Origin: Eledone cirrhosa
Lineage: Eukaryota
Direction of reading: 5' to 3'
DNA: 64,000 bases
Assembly (NCBI GenBank): GCA_964016885.1
Contig: OZ024749.1
Span: forward strand, 35,030,001-35,094,000
The translations under genes were made by a program, and so were the position numbers. Of the stretch, positions 14,616 to 29,736 are shown one piece after another; position 1 is the stretch's first letter; the number at the start of each line of letters is the position of its first letter. The notes beneath the pieces were generated by a model. It did not search any database. It saw only the letters and a program-made list of their open reading frames with translations, and was not told the origin of the DNA.

Positions 14616-15085
14616 ATATGTATAAATAAACACAGTAAATTTCGTGTCTAAAATTACGAGGGTATAAGATACCACTAATGTTTTAAATATTTAATCTAAA
14701 CCATACAGTATGATATATAAATTTTATACTGACCGTATCAAAAACATTTCATCTCTCGGAAAGATTTTAGACTCAATCTGTTTCGCCCTGAAAAGATTGT
14801 GTTTGTAACAGATAATCTGTAGGCTATCATCAGCGAGAAATAGATCAAATGAAACAAAACACCTCTTTGAGGACCAAAGATATGTTCCTCGTGGTCTGCA
14901 CGCTATACGTGGTATGAGTAGTTATGCTAGAAACAATAGCCCTATCCCACTCACTTTATAAGTTCACCATTCAGGGAGCTGAAATACAAATAAATGGTTA
15001 AGATTAAATATTTAAAACATTAGTCGTATCTTATACTCTCGTAATTTTAGACACGAAATTTACTGTTTATTTATACAAATATATT
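14616..15085. mobile_element. Element bounded by ~85-bp inverted repeats, with a degenerate hammerhead on the minus strand (~14770-14837)
   Basis: 14620-14704 is the reverse complement of about 14995-15080. Minus strand reads CTGATGA..GCC/GGC-GAAAC. Confidence 0.6.
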
Positions 15086-15153
15086 ACTATATATATATAT
15101 GGTTCTGTCTTTCGTTTGTATTTTTATTTAAAAAAAAAAAAATTGCGTGTGTC

Positions 15154-15202
<49 letters not shown>

Positions 15203-15548
15203 GGAGGCACATGGCTTAGTGCTTAGAGCATTGGCCTTGCAATCGAAAGGTTGTGAGTTCAATTCTCAGATCGGGTGATGTGTTGTTTCCTTGAGCAAGA
15301 CACTTTATTTCACATTGCTCCAGTTTACTCAGCTGTAGAAATGAGATGATAGGGACTGGGGTCCCTATCATTCCACTGCAAAGTGGTCGTGGAGGTGCCA
15401 CGGCAAAAAAGCACCCAGCACTCACTGTAAATGAGGTTGGTGTTAGGAAGGGCATCCAGCTGTAGAAATCAAGCCAGAATCAGTTCCCGTGCCACCCTTG
15501 CAAGCAGGGAAAAAGCGGACGTAAAATGAAATGATGATGATGATGATG
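15203..15548 (+). mobile_element. tRNA-derived CORE-type SINE with LINE-like tail
   Basis: TGGCTTAGTGC..GTTCAATTC, CORE-like CCTTGAGCAAGACACTT, (ATG)n tail. Confidence 0.8.
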
Positions 15549-15589
15549 AAATGATATATATATATTATATTATATTATATTATATTATA

Positions 15590-15760
15590 TTTGAAGAAAA
15601 GAAGGAAAAGAAGTAAAAGAATGACTTCACTTGTAGTATTCTATAACAATTTAATTTTATAATTTTATAATTTTGCTATGTAGACAGAGCAAAATTATAA
15701 AATAAATTGTTATAGAATACGAACTACAAGTGAAGTCATTCTTTTCCTTTTTTCAAATAT
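15590..15760. repeat. Imperfect fold-back palindrome in a TA-rich context
   Basis: AAAAGAATGACTTCACTTGTAGT..ATTCTATAACAATT is mirrored around about 15683. Confidence 0.8.
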
Positions 15761-17094
15761 ACCTAACTGCACCAAGGATCTCACACTTTTTCCAATATAT
15801 ATATTAATCTACTCTCGCAATATACAGGTAGAGAACAACAACAGCTCCTGTACTTATATTACTGTCATGACAGATGTTTTATTTGAGTTTTTATACAAAT
15901 TCCTTTCTTGGTCACCAGATGACTAAATTACAAACACGACTCTACGGTATCACATTTTGTTCTAATTTCACCAGGGTTTGTACTATTGATATCTTAGCAC
16001 AATAAGCCAACCGGGTGGTGGATTAGCTGAGTGGTTACTGCGAAGGACAAAATAACTGGCAGTATTCGTCCCGTCATTCTGCGCTTTGAGTTCAAATCCT
16101 ACCGAGGTCGGTCAACTTTGCTCTTCATTCTTTCAGAGCCGATAAGATAAAGTACAATGGCTGATTAGAGTGAGGGGTGTCTAGGCTGTCACCAAGGTGT
16201 GGCATTCACAATTTTTAAAGGAGTCCTCAAATAAATTTTTCCCTTACTTAAATAATACGTAAGGGCCTCGATGACATTTTTAGTCAGAAGTGCCACCCAA
16301 GATTAATTAATCCACTCCTGCGTCGAGGTCAGCTTTGCCTTTCATCCTTTCACGCCGATAAAATATAAGTACCAAACAAGGGATGGTAGATTAACAGAAT
16401 TGTTAGAATGTTGGATGAAATGATTTTGATTTTTTTTTTGGAGGGGGAGGGGAGTATTTGTTCCGACTCTTTGCGCTGTGAATTCAAATCCCGCCGTGGA
16501 CAATTTGCTTTTCATACTTTCAAGGTAGATAAATTAAAGTATCAGCCCAGCACTGTGGGTTGATGATTTGTGTTATTTGTTCAAACCTTGCTGTGATCTT
16601 CTAGTTGTGTTGTAGACTTAATCCAGCGCTGGGTTTGACACCACCACCTGGCTATTGGGTGCATTTAGGGGAATCAACTTTATTGTAAGCGTTTGAACAA
16701 GGACTTCCTTTTGAGGATACCTTTCTTTCACCCTTTCGCCGACCTCGGAAACCCTGAATAGCGCCATAGGTACTGTTCCTCCTTCCCACACTAAACACCA
16801 TCTTAACAAGACATATTTCTCTTCCGGATATGGCAGTGGGAGTTGAGAGAAAGAAATTAGTAGAGAAACGAGGTTCTTTTATTGAAAAATAAATCTTTCC
16901 TTATTATTAGCAAATTTGTTGAAAGGTAGATGAGAATGGTGAGCATGGTCCGAATAAACGGACCTGCTTGGAACATTCACCGATAGATTTGAGGAGGACC
17001 GTAGGAAAAGAATTGCTGATCTTGTGCCTAAATCATTAACCATTACTACTACTACTACTACTACTACTTCTACTACTACTACTACTACTACTGA

Positions 17095-17149
<55 letters not shown>

Positions 17150-17308
17150 CATATATATATGTGTGTGTGTGTGTAAACATGCGCTCACACACACACACAC
17201 ACATACATATATATATGTATATATATAAACCCTCCTCATTCAGGATTTCTTCTCCCCCTCCTCTGAGTCTTCACTCAATTGTGCTGTCTCACATGTTGAA
17301 TGTTTAGT

Positions 17309-17359
17309 TCTTGTCTGATGACCCAGTGAGCAGGCAGGTGAAACTCCAAAGTAACAAGA
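17309..17359 (+). ncRNA. Type I hammerhead ribozyme motif
   Basis: Stem I TCTTGT/ACAAGA, core CTGATGA, weak stem II, GAA-ACT-CCAA-AGT-A. Lies in a ~150-bp unit between (TA)n tracts. Confidence 0.7.
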
Positions 17360-17381
17360 CTCACTATTTAGCCATGATAAA

Positions 17382-17674
<293 letters not shown>

Positions 17675-17701
17675 CATATATATATATATATATATAAAAT
17701 A

Positions 17702-17807
<106 letters not shown>

Positions 17808-17879
17808 ATATACATATATATATATATATATGTGTGTGTGTATATATATATACATACACACACACACACATACACACAT

Positions 17880-17960
<81 letters not shown>

Positions 17961-18172
17961 CATGAGAAGAAAGAAGAATACTGCGTGGTTTGCACATGGG
18001 CTACATATGATAAAAATAGTCCTTCGTCAGTGATTTGCCAACCATCATTGGTATTTCATCGCATTAAAAATCAGATACCTCAGGTTGGTGCGAGCAATAA
18101 CTAAAAAAAGTTATTGGGACCAGAATTCGCGTAAGGCGAGGGGGACAAGTAAACAACATTGAAGGATAAAAG

Positions 18173-18218
<46 letters not shown>

Positions 18219-18344
18219 GTTTCTACTTTTGGCACAAGGCCACCAAATACTTTTTTATCGACCCCGTAAGGATGAAAGGCAAAGTTAACCTCGGCGAGAT
18301 TTGAACTCAGAAATAATGAAAAAATATAACAAACCCTTTCTTTT

Positions 18345-18463
<119 letters not shown>

Positions 18464-18594
18464 CAAACACAAACACACATATACATATGCACTTTTCTCT
18501 CTACCTCTATCTATGTCTCCATCTTTCCCCCTCCCTATCTATTTGTATTTATCCCTCACAATCTTTGCCACAACTCCACATTCGACATTCTCAC

Positions 18595-18780
18595 ATTGGC
18601 AGTGTCGGTAGAGGGTCGGACGCCATGCTTTCCAGCATAGTTACGTCCCTTTATGATCTGAGTTCAAATCCCGCCGAGGTTGACTTTGCCTTTCATCCTT
18701 ACGGGGTCGATAAAATAAAGTACCAGTAATGCACTGGGTAATTGCTGGCCTTGTGCCTAAAGTAGAAACTTATTATTATT
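18595..18780 (+). mobile_element. Meta-core SINE
   Basis: Family consensus match. Confidence 0.9.
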
Positions 18781-18954
18781 ATATTGATTGCTGTATCGTT
18801 TTATATCACACCCTCACCTACACACACGTACACATACATATGTACATACGTACATACATACACACGTACGTACGTACGTACATAGATGCGCACACATCCA
18901 AAGACAGACTCTCTGACCCTCACACAAACCAACATACATACACATACGCCAATA

Positions 18955-18985
<31 letters not shown>

Positions 18986-19183
18986 CAGTAAACACACACA
19001 TACACACGTACACACACACACACACACACAGAGATAACGACTAACTTTTTTAGCGATTGATGTGACAGCTGTTGGTGACATTTATTATTTCATAAGAATC
19101 AACAGGTGACGATAATTCACAGATACTTTCCATTAAATCAGCAATTGGGGGTTGCTGGATCAATTCTTTATATAGCTGCCCCC

Positions 19184-19694
19184 CAGGGCCGGCTCCTGGG
19201 AGACAGCTATATAAAGAAAGTGCCCCGGGCTAGCTCTATAATGTGCGCCCCCTTCTCCCAAATAAATTAATTTCAATTTACAGTTTAGCAAGCTCTTTTT
19301 AGTAGAGCAAATGACCACATAAAGTAGAGACCCTGTGGCTATTATAGATGTCAAGCTAAGAATAAAAAACAATGACGAACCTAATTTTTGACACTTCTTG
19401 CTCTGATCACACTAAGAAAATGACTAGGCCTGTATTTTCTACTATACAGTTCACACCCACCCACACTAAATCACTTGAGGGGTCATAATCCACCTTATGA
19501 CCTCCAACCGCTAATACATGGAAACGATATTTAGGGATATATTTATTGGTCCCTGGAAATTATTATATGTTTAAATTAATTTGATCATACAATTTGTATA
19601 AATGTGTGATCCTATAAGTTTCAGTAATGCGTCTTTCTCAGGTCTGCGTTCTAGGTGGCTGCCTAGTTGGTGTTTAATGGTAGAGACGGCCCTG
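19184..19694. mobile_element. PIF/Harbinger-like MITE
   Basis: Termini CAGGGCCG..CGGCCCTG. A related copy lies in opposite orientation at 57097-57482. Confidence 0.65.
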
Positions 19695-19936
19695 CTGTCC
19701 TTAAATTCTAAAACTGCATATCAGACTTGACAACTCTCCCCGTCCGACGGGGAGAGTTGACGAGTCTGATATGCAGTTTCGGACGGGGAGAGTTGACAAG
19801 TCTAATATGCAGTTTCGGACGGGGAGAGTTGACAAGTCTGATATGCAGTTTTAGAATTTAAGGACAGCAGGGCCGTCTCTACCCACTTTGGAATGGGTGA
19901 ACGATGTGTTATAGCTTTCATTATGTAAAATCTCCT

Positions 19937-20122
19937 TGGTGGATTGGCAGTATCGGTAGAGGGTCGGACGCCATGCTTTCCAGCATAGTTACGTCCCTTT
20001 ACGATCTGAGTTCAAATCCCGCCGAGGTTGACTTTGCCTTTCATCCTTACGGGGTCGATAAAATAAAGTACCAGTAATGCACTGGGTAATTGCTGGCCTT
20101 GTGCCTAAAGTAGAAACAATTA
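19937..20122 (+). mobile_element. Meta-core SINE with 17-bp TSD
   Basis: ATTATGTAAAATCTCCT at 19920-19936 and 20119-20135. Confidence 0.95.
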
Positions 20123-20387
20123 TGTAAAATCTCCTCATTTTGCCTCATTTCTCCCCGTTTTGGGGCACTTTAGTTCATGGTACTCCCCGTTTGGGTTGTT
20201 AGAGGTTGGCAGGTCAGGTCTGGCTTATTGACGATGGATCCTTCGCCGGTTTTAACGATGACCATTCCATCAACTGAACGTCCAACTCATGAGCTAACCT
20301 ATAAATGCGTGTAATTTAGCTTAATTTGTAAGTGACGGGGAGGGATATTCGAATTACAGGTACAATTCAGCTTATATTATTGTGTAA

Positions 20388-20845
20388 GGGCGGTAGATTA
20401 GCAATATCGGTAGAGCAATATCGGTAGAGCGTCGGACACTATGCTTTGCGGCATAGAGTTATGGCCCTTTACGTTCGGGGTTTAAATCCGTCGAAGTTAA
20501 CTTTGCCTTTTATCTTACGGGTTCGATAAAATAAAGTACCAGTAACGAACTGAGGTCGATTTAATCGACTTTCTCCTCCCCCAAATTGCTGGCCTTGTGC
20601 CTATAGTAGAAACCATTATTAGGAGGCGGTGGATTAGCAGAATCAGTAGAGCGTCCGACAAAATACTTTGCAGTATTAAGTTACGGCCCTTTGCGTTCTG
20701 AGTTCAAATCCCACCGAGGTTAGCTCTGCCGTTCATCCTTGCGATGTCAATAAAATAAGTACCAGCAATGCACTGGAGTCGATTTAATCGACTTTCTCCT
20801 TTCCTAAAATTGTTGGCCTTGTGCTTAAATCTGAAACTATTATTG
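20388..20845 (+). mobile_element. Two tandem older Meta-core SINEs (longer-tail subfamily)
   Basis: Copies at 20388-20620 and 20624-20845 contain the extra GTCGATTTAATCGAC hairpin. Confidence 0.85.
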
Positions 20846-21058
20846 TGTAAGTTGTTGAATATTCCATAAGCACGTGTACCCTTAATGTAATTCACCAGCC
20901 GAATCTGCATGACAGGACTGGACCTTGGCATTATAGCTACAGTTCATCTGGTGGGCTTCTACACAGTTTCCGTCTACCCAATTTCACTCACACACACACA
21001 CACACACACATACACATACAAATACAGACATGCACACAAATACACACAGTCACATACT

Positions 21059-21096
<38 letters not shown>

Positions 21097-21251
21097 GGGA
21101 GGGTGTCATTGATATTTTTATGTAAAGTCAGAAATAGAACCACACACAATGATGATAACAACGAGTAAAAGATATAAAGTTCAGTTCACCAAGTTCCTGT
21201 TGTGACATGTATAGTTATGACACATACATATATGCATACAGACACACACAG

Positions 21252-21298
<47 letters not shown>

Positions 21299-21574
21299 TA
21301 CACACACACACACATATATATGTATACATAACCAGATGCACATACACACGCATATATACATATACACCCACCCATATACATAGGTACATATATATATATA
21401 TATATGGTTATATATATATTTATATAAATACATATATATATATATATGTGCGTGTGTATATATGTGTGTATGTATGCGTGTATGAGTGTGTTTACACATA
21501 TACACCCACATATATACACAGGTACAGATATATATGGTGATATATATATATATGTATGTATGCATGTATGTATA

Positions 21575-21645
<71 letters not shown>

Positions 21646-22852
21646 ATTGGGCGTCCATCTTCTGACCATAGTTTCATTCTAACTATTGTTTTTGTGTAGT
21701 TCTATTTTAGTAATATTTATAGAACCTCTACAGAAAGCACAACAATAACAACAACTATACACAGATCACATGGCTCTAATAATATTTCTATTATTAGAGT
21801 TGTTAGACGGAATGTGGATTGGCAGTATCGGTCGAGTGTCGGACATAGAGATATGGTCAATTGTTGGCTATGTGTCTAAACCAGAAACGATTAGGATATT
21901 TAGACGGCGTGGCAGAGTTGTTAGAGCGTTGGATACTTGTTCCAGCTCTCCGAGTTCGAATCACGCTGAGCACCGTTTTGTTTTTTTTATCCATTTGTGG
22001 TCATATAAGAAAGTATCAGCCCAATGCTGGTTGCAGCCATCTTTCTTTCTTTCCAACTGTCACATCGTGAATGTTCTGCTGGATCAAAGGCAGGAAGATG
22101 AAGAGGGTGTCTGCGAGTGACTGCATTGACACCTAAAACTCTCAGTAAAAGCGTTGTATAGTATGGCATGGACTCGTAAATCACGAGGGAGTCGTTGGGG
22201 CGCCATGTTGACATACGGCGTTTCTAGGTCATTTAAAAAAAAAAACCCTGGAGGATCCCATCTCATCTCCATGACTGAATACAGTGGATCCCTTTAAGGG
22301 AAGGATAGAGAGAGAGTGAGAGAAAGGAAGTGAGAAAAAGATATAGAGGAAAAGTTGACCCCAGTACTTAACAAGTACATTTTTTATCGACTATGAATAG
22401 ATGAAGGGCAAAGTTGACCGCGTGGGATTTGAACTCAGAGAGCAGAGAGTCGAAATGAATACTACAAAACATTCTATCCGACATTCTAACGACTCTGTCA
22501 ATTCGACGCCTAAAAGTGTGGTACATACCACCAAGTCATACTCAATTGCATGTGGCAGCTGTAGCTATAAGGTATCGGGAATTCTTAGAGTCAATGTGTC
22601 AGGCAAATAAATGCTTTGCAATATTTTTTCCGACTCTTTGCGTCCTAGGTTCAAATCACGCCGAGGTCAACTTTGTCTTTCATTTTTTCCAGTGTCGATA
22701 AAATAAAGTATCAGTCATGTACTAGGGTTGATATAATCGACTTTCTTTCCCCCCCTATAAATTGCAGGCCTTGTGTCTAAATTAGAAACAATTATCATTA
22801 CATATAACAAACATTCGAAGAAACTTCTACAAGTACACTCCATAAAGACACG

Positions 22853-22888
<36 letters not shown>

Positions 22889-23039
22889 TGTCGGACACCC
22901 CGTCTCCCTCTCCCCACTCCACCCGCCACCACCCCTACTCACCCCACACCCTTCCACCACCTGTTTACCCCCCTTTTAATTTCAGTTTATTTTGATCATG
23001 CCTTTATTTTTAAATTTTCTCATTCCTTGTATTTTGATC

Positions 23040-23288
23040 ATGCTTTATTTTTATTTTTTATATTTTTTGTCTTTATTTGTTAATTTTTCATTCGCACCGT
23101 TTCCTTTCGCTATATGTCTCTCCACCACTCCCCTACACACCTTTTGAACTCTGTTCCCACACACTTCTCACCTGAGGAAGGGCTTATGCCCGAAACGTCG
23201 TCCCCCACCTACCCCCCACTCTCCTGAGCGTGAATTTAATAAACATTTATTGTACTGCCTCTCTGTTCTGTCCCTGTTCAAATTTTTC

Positions 23289-23290
<2 letters not shown>
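23040..23290 (+). mobile_element. Family E hammerhead-bearing repeat (motif at 23170-23201)
   Basis: CTGAGGA-A-GGGC-TTAT-GCCC-GAAACGTC. Stem I is only 2 bp. Ends in (TA)n. Confidence 0.6.
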
Positions 23291-23351
<61 letters not shown>

Positions 23352-23706
23352 CATATATACACACACACACATAGTGAACGAAGTAACAGGAACAAAAAAA
23401 ACAGGATGGAATATATATATATATATGTATGTGTGTGTGTATGTGTGTGTATGTGTATATATATATATATATATTATTTGACCTGTAATCGACCCTGGCT
23501 CTCCAGAGTTAAACAACAGGCCTTAATAGATATACATTAGGGCAGTTGCTTTTACTGCTTTTACTACAATTGATTAATAATTCCGGATATCAGAAGATTT
23601 TACTCAACTCCACCAACTATCTCCAATGTCTCTGATTTACAGTGACAAACCGCACCTGGGGTGTCTCTCTCTCTCTCTCTCTCTCCTCTCCCTCTCTCTC
23701 TCTATC

Positions 23707-23742
<36 letters not shown>

Positions 23743-23854
23743 AAGCACACATACACATACACACCAACGGTCATTCTGTCTCGTCTTCGCTGCTGTTCAT
23801 GGAGATGTCGTTAGGCTGAAGCAGGACCCCCCCCCCCCATGGCATTTAGCACCC

Positions 23855-24210
23855 CCAGCTAGATTTACAATGTGTACTTGGGTATTTAACACTCAAGGCT
23901 AGCTCTACAACGCGTATCTGGGTATTTAACACCCTAGGCTAACTCTATAATGTGTCCCTGGGTATTTAACATCCTAGGCTAGCTCTACAATGTGTGCCTG
24001 GGTATTTAGTTCACTAGGCTAGCTCTACAATGTGTGCCTGGGTATTTAGTCCACTTGGCTAGCCCTACAATGTGTGCCTGGGTATTTAGCACCCTAGGCT
24101 AGCTCTACAATGTGTTTATGGGTATTTAAGACTCTATGCTAGCTCTATGGTGTGTACCTGGGTATTTAAGACCTTAAGCTAGCTTTACAATGTGTACCTG
24201 GGTATTTAGT
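23855..24210 (+). repeat. 40-bp minisatellite, about 9 copies
   Basis: Unit GGCTAGCTCTACAATGTGTGCCTGGGTATTTAGCACCCTA. Confidence 0.9.
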
Positions 24211-24346
24211 CAAGAGTGCAGCGTAGTTTCAATTCTTGCTCATAGTTATTTCTCTTCATCTACAGTACTGTTGCTGTTGGTGTTGTCATTATTGTTGCTG
24301 CTGCTGTTGTTGTTGCTGTTGTTGCTTCTGTTGTTGTTGTTGCTTC

Positions 24347-24380
<34 letters not shown>

Positions 24381-24597
24381 GAACCCCAGATCACCCGTGA
24401 CCAACTCGGCTTTTCCACGTGTAGAGAGCACCTAGGGGCATATAATTTAATGTATACTTGTTTTCTGAGAGGGAAAGGTGTATAGTGAAGGAGGTTTCGT
24501 TGCTATTTCTAGCAGATTGAACAACAGCATATAGGTTCCGCCGTTGGCAACTTATTTCTCTTTAGTAATGTCATGAAACTCGGACGACATTGCACCG

Positions 24598-24797
24598 GCT
24601 CTCACATACACACTTTCACATACACACTTTCACATACACACTTTCACATACACACTTTCACATACACACTTTCACATATACACTTACACATATACACTTA
24701 CACATACACACTTTCACATACACACTTTCACATACACACTTTCACATACACACTTTCACATACACACTTTCACATATACACTTACACATACACACTT
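24598..24797 (+). repeat. 14-bp minisatellite running into the assembly gap
   Basis: Unit TTTCACATACACAC. Confidence 0.9.
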
Positions 24798-24997
24798 NNN
24801 NNNNNNNNNNNNNNNNNNNNNNNNNNNNNNNNNNNNNNNNNNNNNNNNNNNNNNNNNNNNNNNNNNNNNNNNNNNNNNNNNNNNNNNNNNNNNNNNNNNN
24901 NNNNNNNNNNNNNNNNNNNNNNNNNNNNNNNNNNNNNNNNNNNNNNNNNNNNNNNNNNNNNNNNNNNNNNNNNNNNNNNNNNNNNNNNNNNNNNNNN
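24798..24997. other. Assembly gap (200 N)
   Basis: Run of n. Confidence 1.
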
Positions 24998-25339
24998 CAC
25001 ATTGCTCCAGTTCACTTAGCTGGCAAACGTGAGTTGTACCTATAAACCAAAGAGCTAGCCAGCTTTGTCCTCACACTGTCTTACATTGAATCTCTCTGGC
25101 AACTACGCTAATGATCCAACTGCCTATGGGATGCTTAGCCACTCACACTATAGTGCTAGATAGACTATGCCTATGATTCAGAGGGTCAGCCATGTCACAT
25201 ACTGTTACGCCGAGTCTCCCTGAGAACTGCATTAAACGGTACACATGTTTATGGAATGCTCACTTGTACGTGAGCAGGCTGTTCCATTGACTACTACTAC
25301 TACTACTACTACAATGACGATTTCTTTTGATTCATAAAC

Positions 25340-25521
25340 AGTTTCTACTTTTGGTACAAGGCCAGCAATTATCCCAGTGCATTACTGGTGCGTTATTTTA
25401 TCAATCCCGTAAGAATGAAAAGCAAAATTAACCTCGGCGGGCTTTGAACTCAGACCATAAAGAACCGTAACTCTATGCTGCAAAGCATGGCGTCCGACCC
25501 TCTACCGATACTACCAATCCA
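25340..25521 (-). mobile_element. Meta-core SINE
   Basis: Reverse complement of the family consensus. Confidence 0.85.
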
Positions 25522-25616
25522 CAACCCTCTTGTAATGTCCACCATGTTGTTTACAACAGGCATGTTTGTTGCATGTAAATGTATAAACACCATTAACACC
25601 AAACTTCCTCCAACTC

Positions 25617-25664
<48 letters not shown>

Positions 25665-25826
25665 GTGTGTGTGTGTATACATATGTGTGTATATATATAT
25701 GTCTGTGTTTATATTTATTTATATTTAAAATAATAATCATTTTTATTATTTTACTGAGGATTGTTTTGTTTCATGCTTCGTTGGGTGCATTGTATGTTTC
25801 AAGTAATATTAAAATCAACCCGTGTG

Positions 25827-25879
<53 letters not shown>

Positions 25880-26018
25880 AGGTGAATGTATGTGTCTATG
25901 TCTCTCTCTCTTTATATATATATATATATATACATACAAATCATGAAATGAAAATGAAACTGTAGCTAGCTACCTCAATAAATATATGCATAGATGTGCA
26001 GGGTAGGAAACGTATAAC

Positions 26019-26072
<54 letters not shown>

Positions 26073-26076
26073 CAGA

Positions 26077-26133
<57 letters not shown>

Positions 26134-26579
26134 ATCACCTATAGTAGAGAGTAATGTATCTTCTGTGTTGTAAACATTATATCGACGAAATTACAAGTTT
26201 ATTAAATATTTTATGAATAGTATCTTTTATTGGGTGTATTATGATAACGGCTAACCGAACATTGACTGATTTCAAGTTGGGTGTTATTGAGGCGTAAAAT
26301 TGGTCATTGTTCAGGAACAACATAGACATTACACTATATTGCACCGAGATGGGGGTAAGATACGGGTGCTTGGACAGCTTCTTTAACTCTTTAATGGCTT
26401 CTAGTACTTTCTATACATATTTGTAAATAGGCACATATCCATGTTATATGTACATACAAAAATACATATATGCAGTCATACATCCACACAAACAAACATA
26501 TGTAAATATAATATGTGTATACATAATGCATGCTTGCATACAGACCGGTATATTGTTTCATATAAACATGTGTATAATG

Positions 26580-26660
<81 letters not shown>

Positions 26661-26689
26661 GTATGTGTATGTGTATGTATGTATGTATG

Positions 26690-27022
26690 GTCCCGTAACT
26701 CATGATAGAGTCGTAATGGTGCCGTATTGACATACGGCGTTTGGGGGGCATTTTAAGCCTAGCGGAGCCCATTCCTCTCCAGGCCTGAGTACAGCAGATT
26801 TCTTTCAGAGAAAGGTAGAAAGTGAGAGAGAGCGGAAATGAGAAAGAGATATAAGAGGAAGAATCGACCCCAGTACTAGACTGGTACTTTTTTTTTATCG
26901 ACTTCGAAAGGATGAAAGGAAAAGTTGACCTCGGCTGGATTTGAACTCCGAGAGCAGAGAGTCGGTACAAATACCACAAAGCATTCTATCCGACATTCTA
27001 ACGACTCTGCCAATTCGCCGCC
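26690..27022 (-). mobile_element. Meta-core SINE variant with a different 3' tail
   Basis: Homologous to about 22170-22511 (-) and 63800-64000 (+). Confidence 0.75.
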
Positions 27023-27618
27023 TATATATAGAGAGGGGTGGGGAGACGGATAGATAGATAGATAGATTGATGTTGGATATTCTTAGTTACGATCCAGAAG
27101 ACAAAGAAGACAAAGTGCCAATGTGTACTCAATACACATCAGTTAATTTGTCGAGTCTGTATATTTATTAGAATATAATGCTCAGCGGTATAATTTCAAC
27201 TTTATCGCTGAGTTTTACCTGTCGCAATTCTGTAACAAAAGTATTTTGAGTTGGATTTCAGTTGCTTCCCACGACAAGCCTTCCTTTAACACAGTTCACA
27301 AGGAGGTTCGCCGTGATACACTGTGTAATAAGGCTGGTTATTTGAATTACTGGTACAACTATTTTTTTTTTTTTTGGTAGCTGGGTGGATTGGAACATCG
27401 GGAAATAAAGTATTTTAGTCAAGTACATAGCGCGCCTCCAGGAGTTGAACTCACGACCTTACGATCATGAGTCATACAACAACGTGAGACTTAATGTTAG
27501 CAGCCACTGACAAAAATTCTTCTTCTGGAAGTCAAAAGCTTCCTATCTTGACACCATGGCAATTGAGGCTCAAATCACATTCCATCACCAGTCGAGACCA
27601 ATTGAAGTGTAGGGCTCT

Positions 27619-27700
<82 letters not shown>

Positions 27701-28419
27701 TCATTAGAAGAATTAAACATTTTTTTAAATAATCAACCAACTAAAATACTGCCACCTCCTTTCGACAGCTTTGCTCGAACCACCAAAATCTAATCTTCAA
27801 AACTATATGATGACTGTCACCAATAACCAAAGAACACAGCTGAGGAGGACTGGGACATTGAGAAAATTAAACTTCATCATCACTACCACCAACAGCAAGA
27901 CTTCACCACCACTACCACCACTATCACCGTCACCACCACCACCACCACTACCAACAACAACAACAACATCACCACCAACAATACCAACAACACAAACATC
28001 AACATCATCATCATCACCACCATCACCAACAGCAACAACAACAACATCACCACCAACAATACCACCAGCATCATCAACATCATCACCACCACCACCACCA
28101 CCACCTCCACCACCACCTCGCAACAACAACAACAACAATAAGAGAGAAGAGAAACAAAGCTCGTCTTATTTCTCTCCCATTTACCATAAATGTCGCCTCT
28201 TGTTATTTATTGTTTTGTCGTCTTGGTGAACTGTGATTTGGTATCGGGGATCGATTTCTGCGTCATCCCACATTACTTGGATACAGCTGACTGATAACAG
28301 AACTATCATCTCTCACCCTGCTCCTCACCCTCTTCCTCATCCCCATCCTCACCCTCTTTTCCCCCCATCCTTCCTTCTTCCTCTTCTGTAGTCACAGCCG
28401 CCACCACCATCGCTTTCTT

Positions 28420-28452
<33 letters not shown>

Positions 28453-28608
28453 ATACATGCTGTGACTAGTTGTCTATCTCTCTGTCTCTCAGTCTCTCTA
28501 TTTTCCTGTCTCTTTCTGTCTGTCGAACTGTCTTCTTCTCTGACTGTCTCTCGTTCTCTCTTTGACTCTGTCTCTCTCCCTCCTTCACTGTCCCCCTCTT
28601 TGTTGTTA

Positions 28609-28830
28609 GTTTGTCAATCTATTCCTCTCCTACTCTCTCCGTTTGTCAATCTATTCCCCTCCTACTCTCTCTGTTTGTCAATCTATTCCTCTCCTACTCT
28701 CTCTGTTTGTCAATCTATTCCTCTCCTACTCTCTCTGTTTGTCAATCTATTCCTCTCCTACTCTCTCTGTTTGTCAATCTATTCCTCTCCTACTCTCTCT
28801 GTTTATCAATCTATTTCTCTCCCACTCTCT
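28609..28830 (+). repeat. 32-bp minisatellite, about 7 copies
   Basis: Unit GTTTGTCAATCTATTCCTCTCCTACTCTCTCT. Confidence 0.9.
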
Positions 28831-29086
28831 CTCTCTCTCTCCCCCCCCTCTCTCTCTCTCTCTCTCACCCCACCTCAGTACATGTCCTGACCAGTTGTCT
28901 CTCCATACACGACAATCTCAGACTTGATTAAACCACACACAATTGTCAAAGTTATGGATGTTATGGATGATGGCCTGCTGCTCCTCCTGGGAACAACCTC
29001 GTTAATTACTCTCTATCTAGCCCTCTCTCTAACCAACTCACTCTCTATCTTACAGTCTCTCGTTCACTCTCACACACTTTCTCTTC

Positions 29087-29142
<56 letters not shown>

Positions 29143-29736
29143 ATATATGTGTATATATATTAAACAATTATATATATACATATATCACAGTCTCTCTCTC
29201 CCTTCCCTCTCTTTCTCTCTCATTCACACTTTTTCTTTCAAATTTATTGTATAATCCCAAACAGGATTAAGTCAGAAGCAGCAGTTTTTTGTGAACTTCT
29301 AATTCGTAAACACCCTTATAGTTTGGTGTATTGGTATTTCATTTGATATACGCAATGTATACTGTAGTTAGGTATATTGGTATTTCATTTGATATACACG
29401 CAATGTATACCAGGCATGTCAAACTGAGGATCCCCCCAAGGGCCGCATGGATCACATATGTGTCGTCTGAGGGCCGCACACGACAACTAATTGTGCACAT
29501 TACAACTATTTAAAGTCATTTAATAAAACTTATAGCAGAAAAATTTGTTACTTAAATTTAGAAACATACAATGTACTTACAAATGTTTTAGCAGCATTCA
29601 TGAATACAAAGTAATGAAGTGGTTTGACAAAAAACTAAAATTTTAAATGGCAACATAAACTTGCAGCTTGCAACAGCAACAAATACATTGTACAAAAATT
29701 GCAACGGTTCAAAACTGAATATTTATTTGCTACTAT

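Noticed and set aside
27771-28229. Pro/Thr-rich 152-aa ORF
   Set aside because: Built from (CAC/CAA/CAT)n repeats, with no domain or splice evidence.
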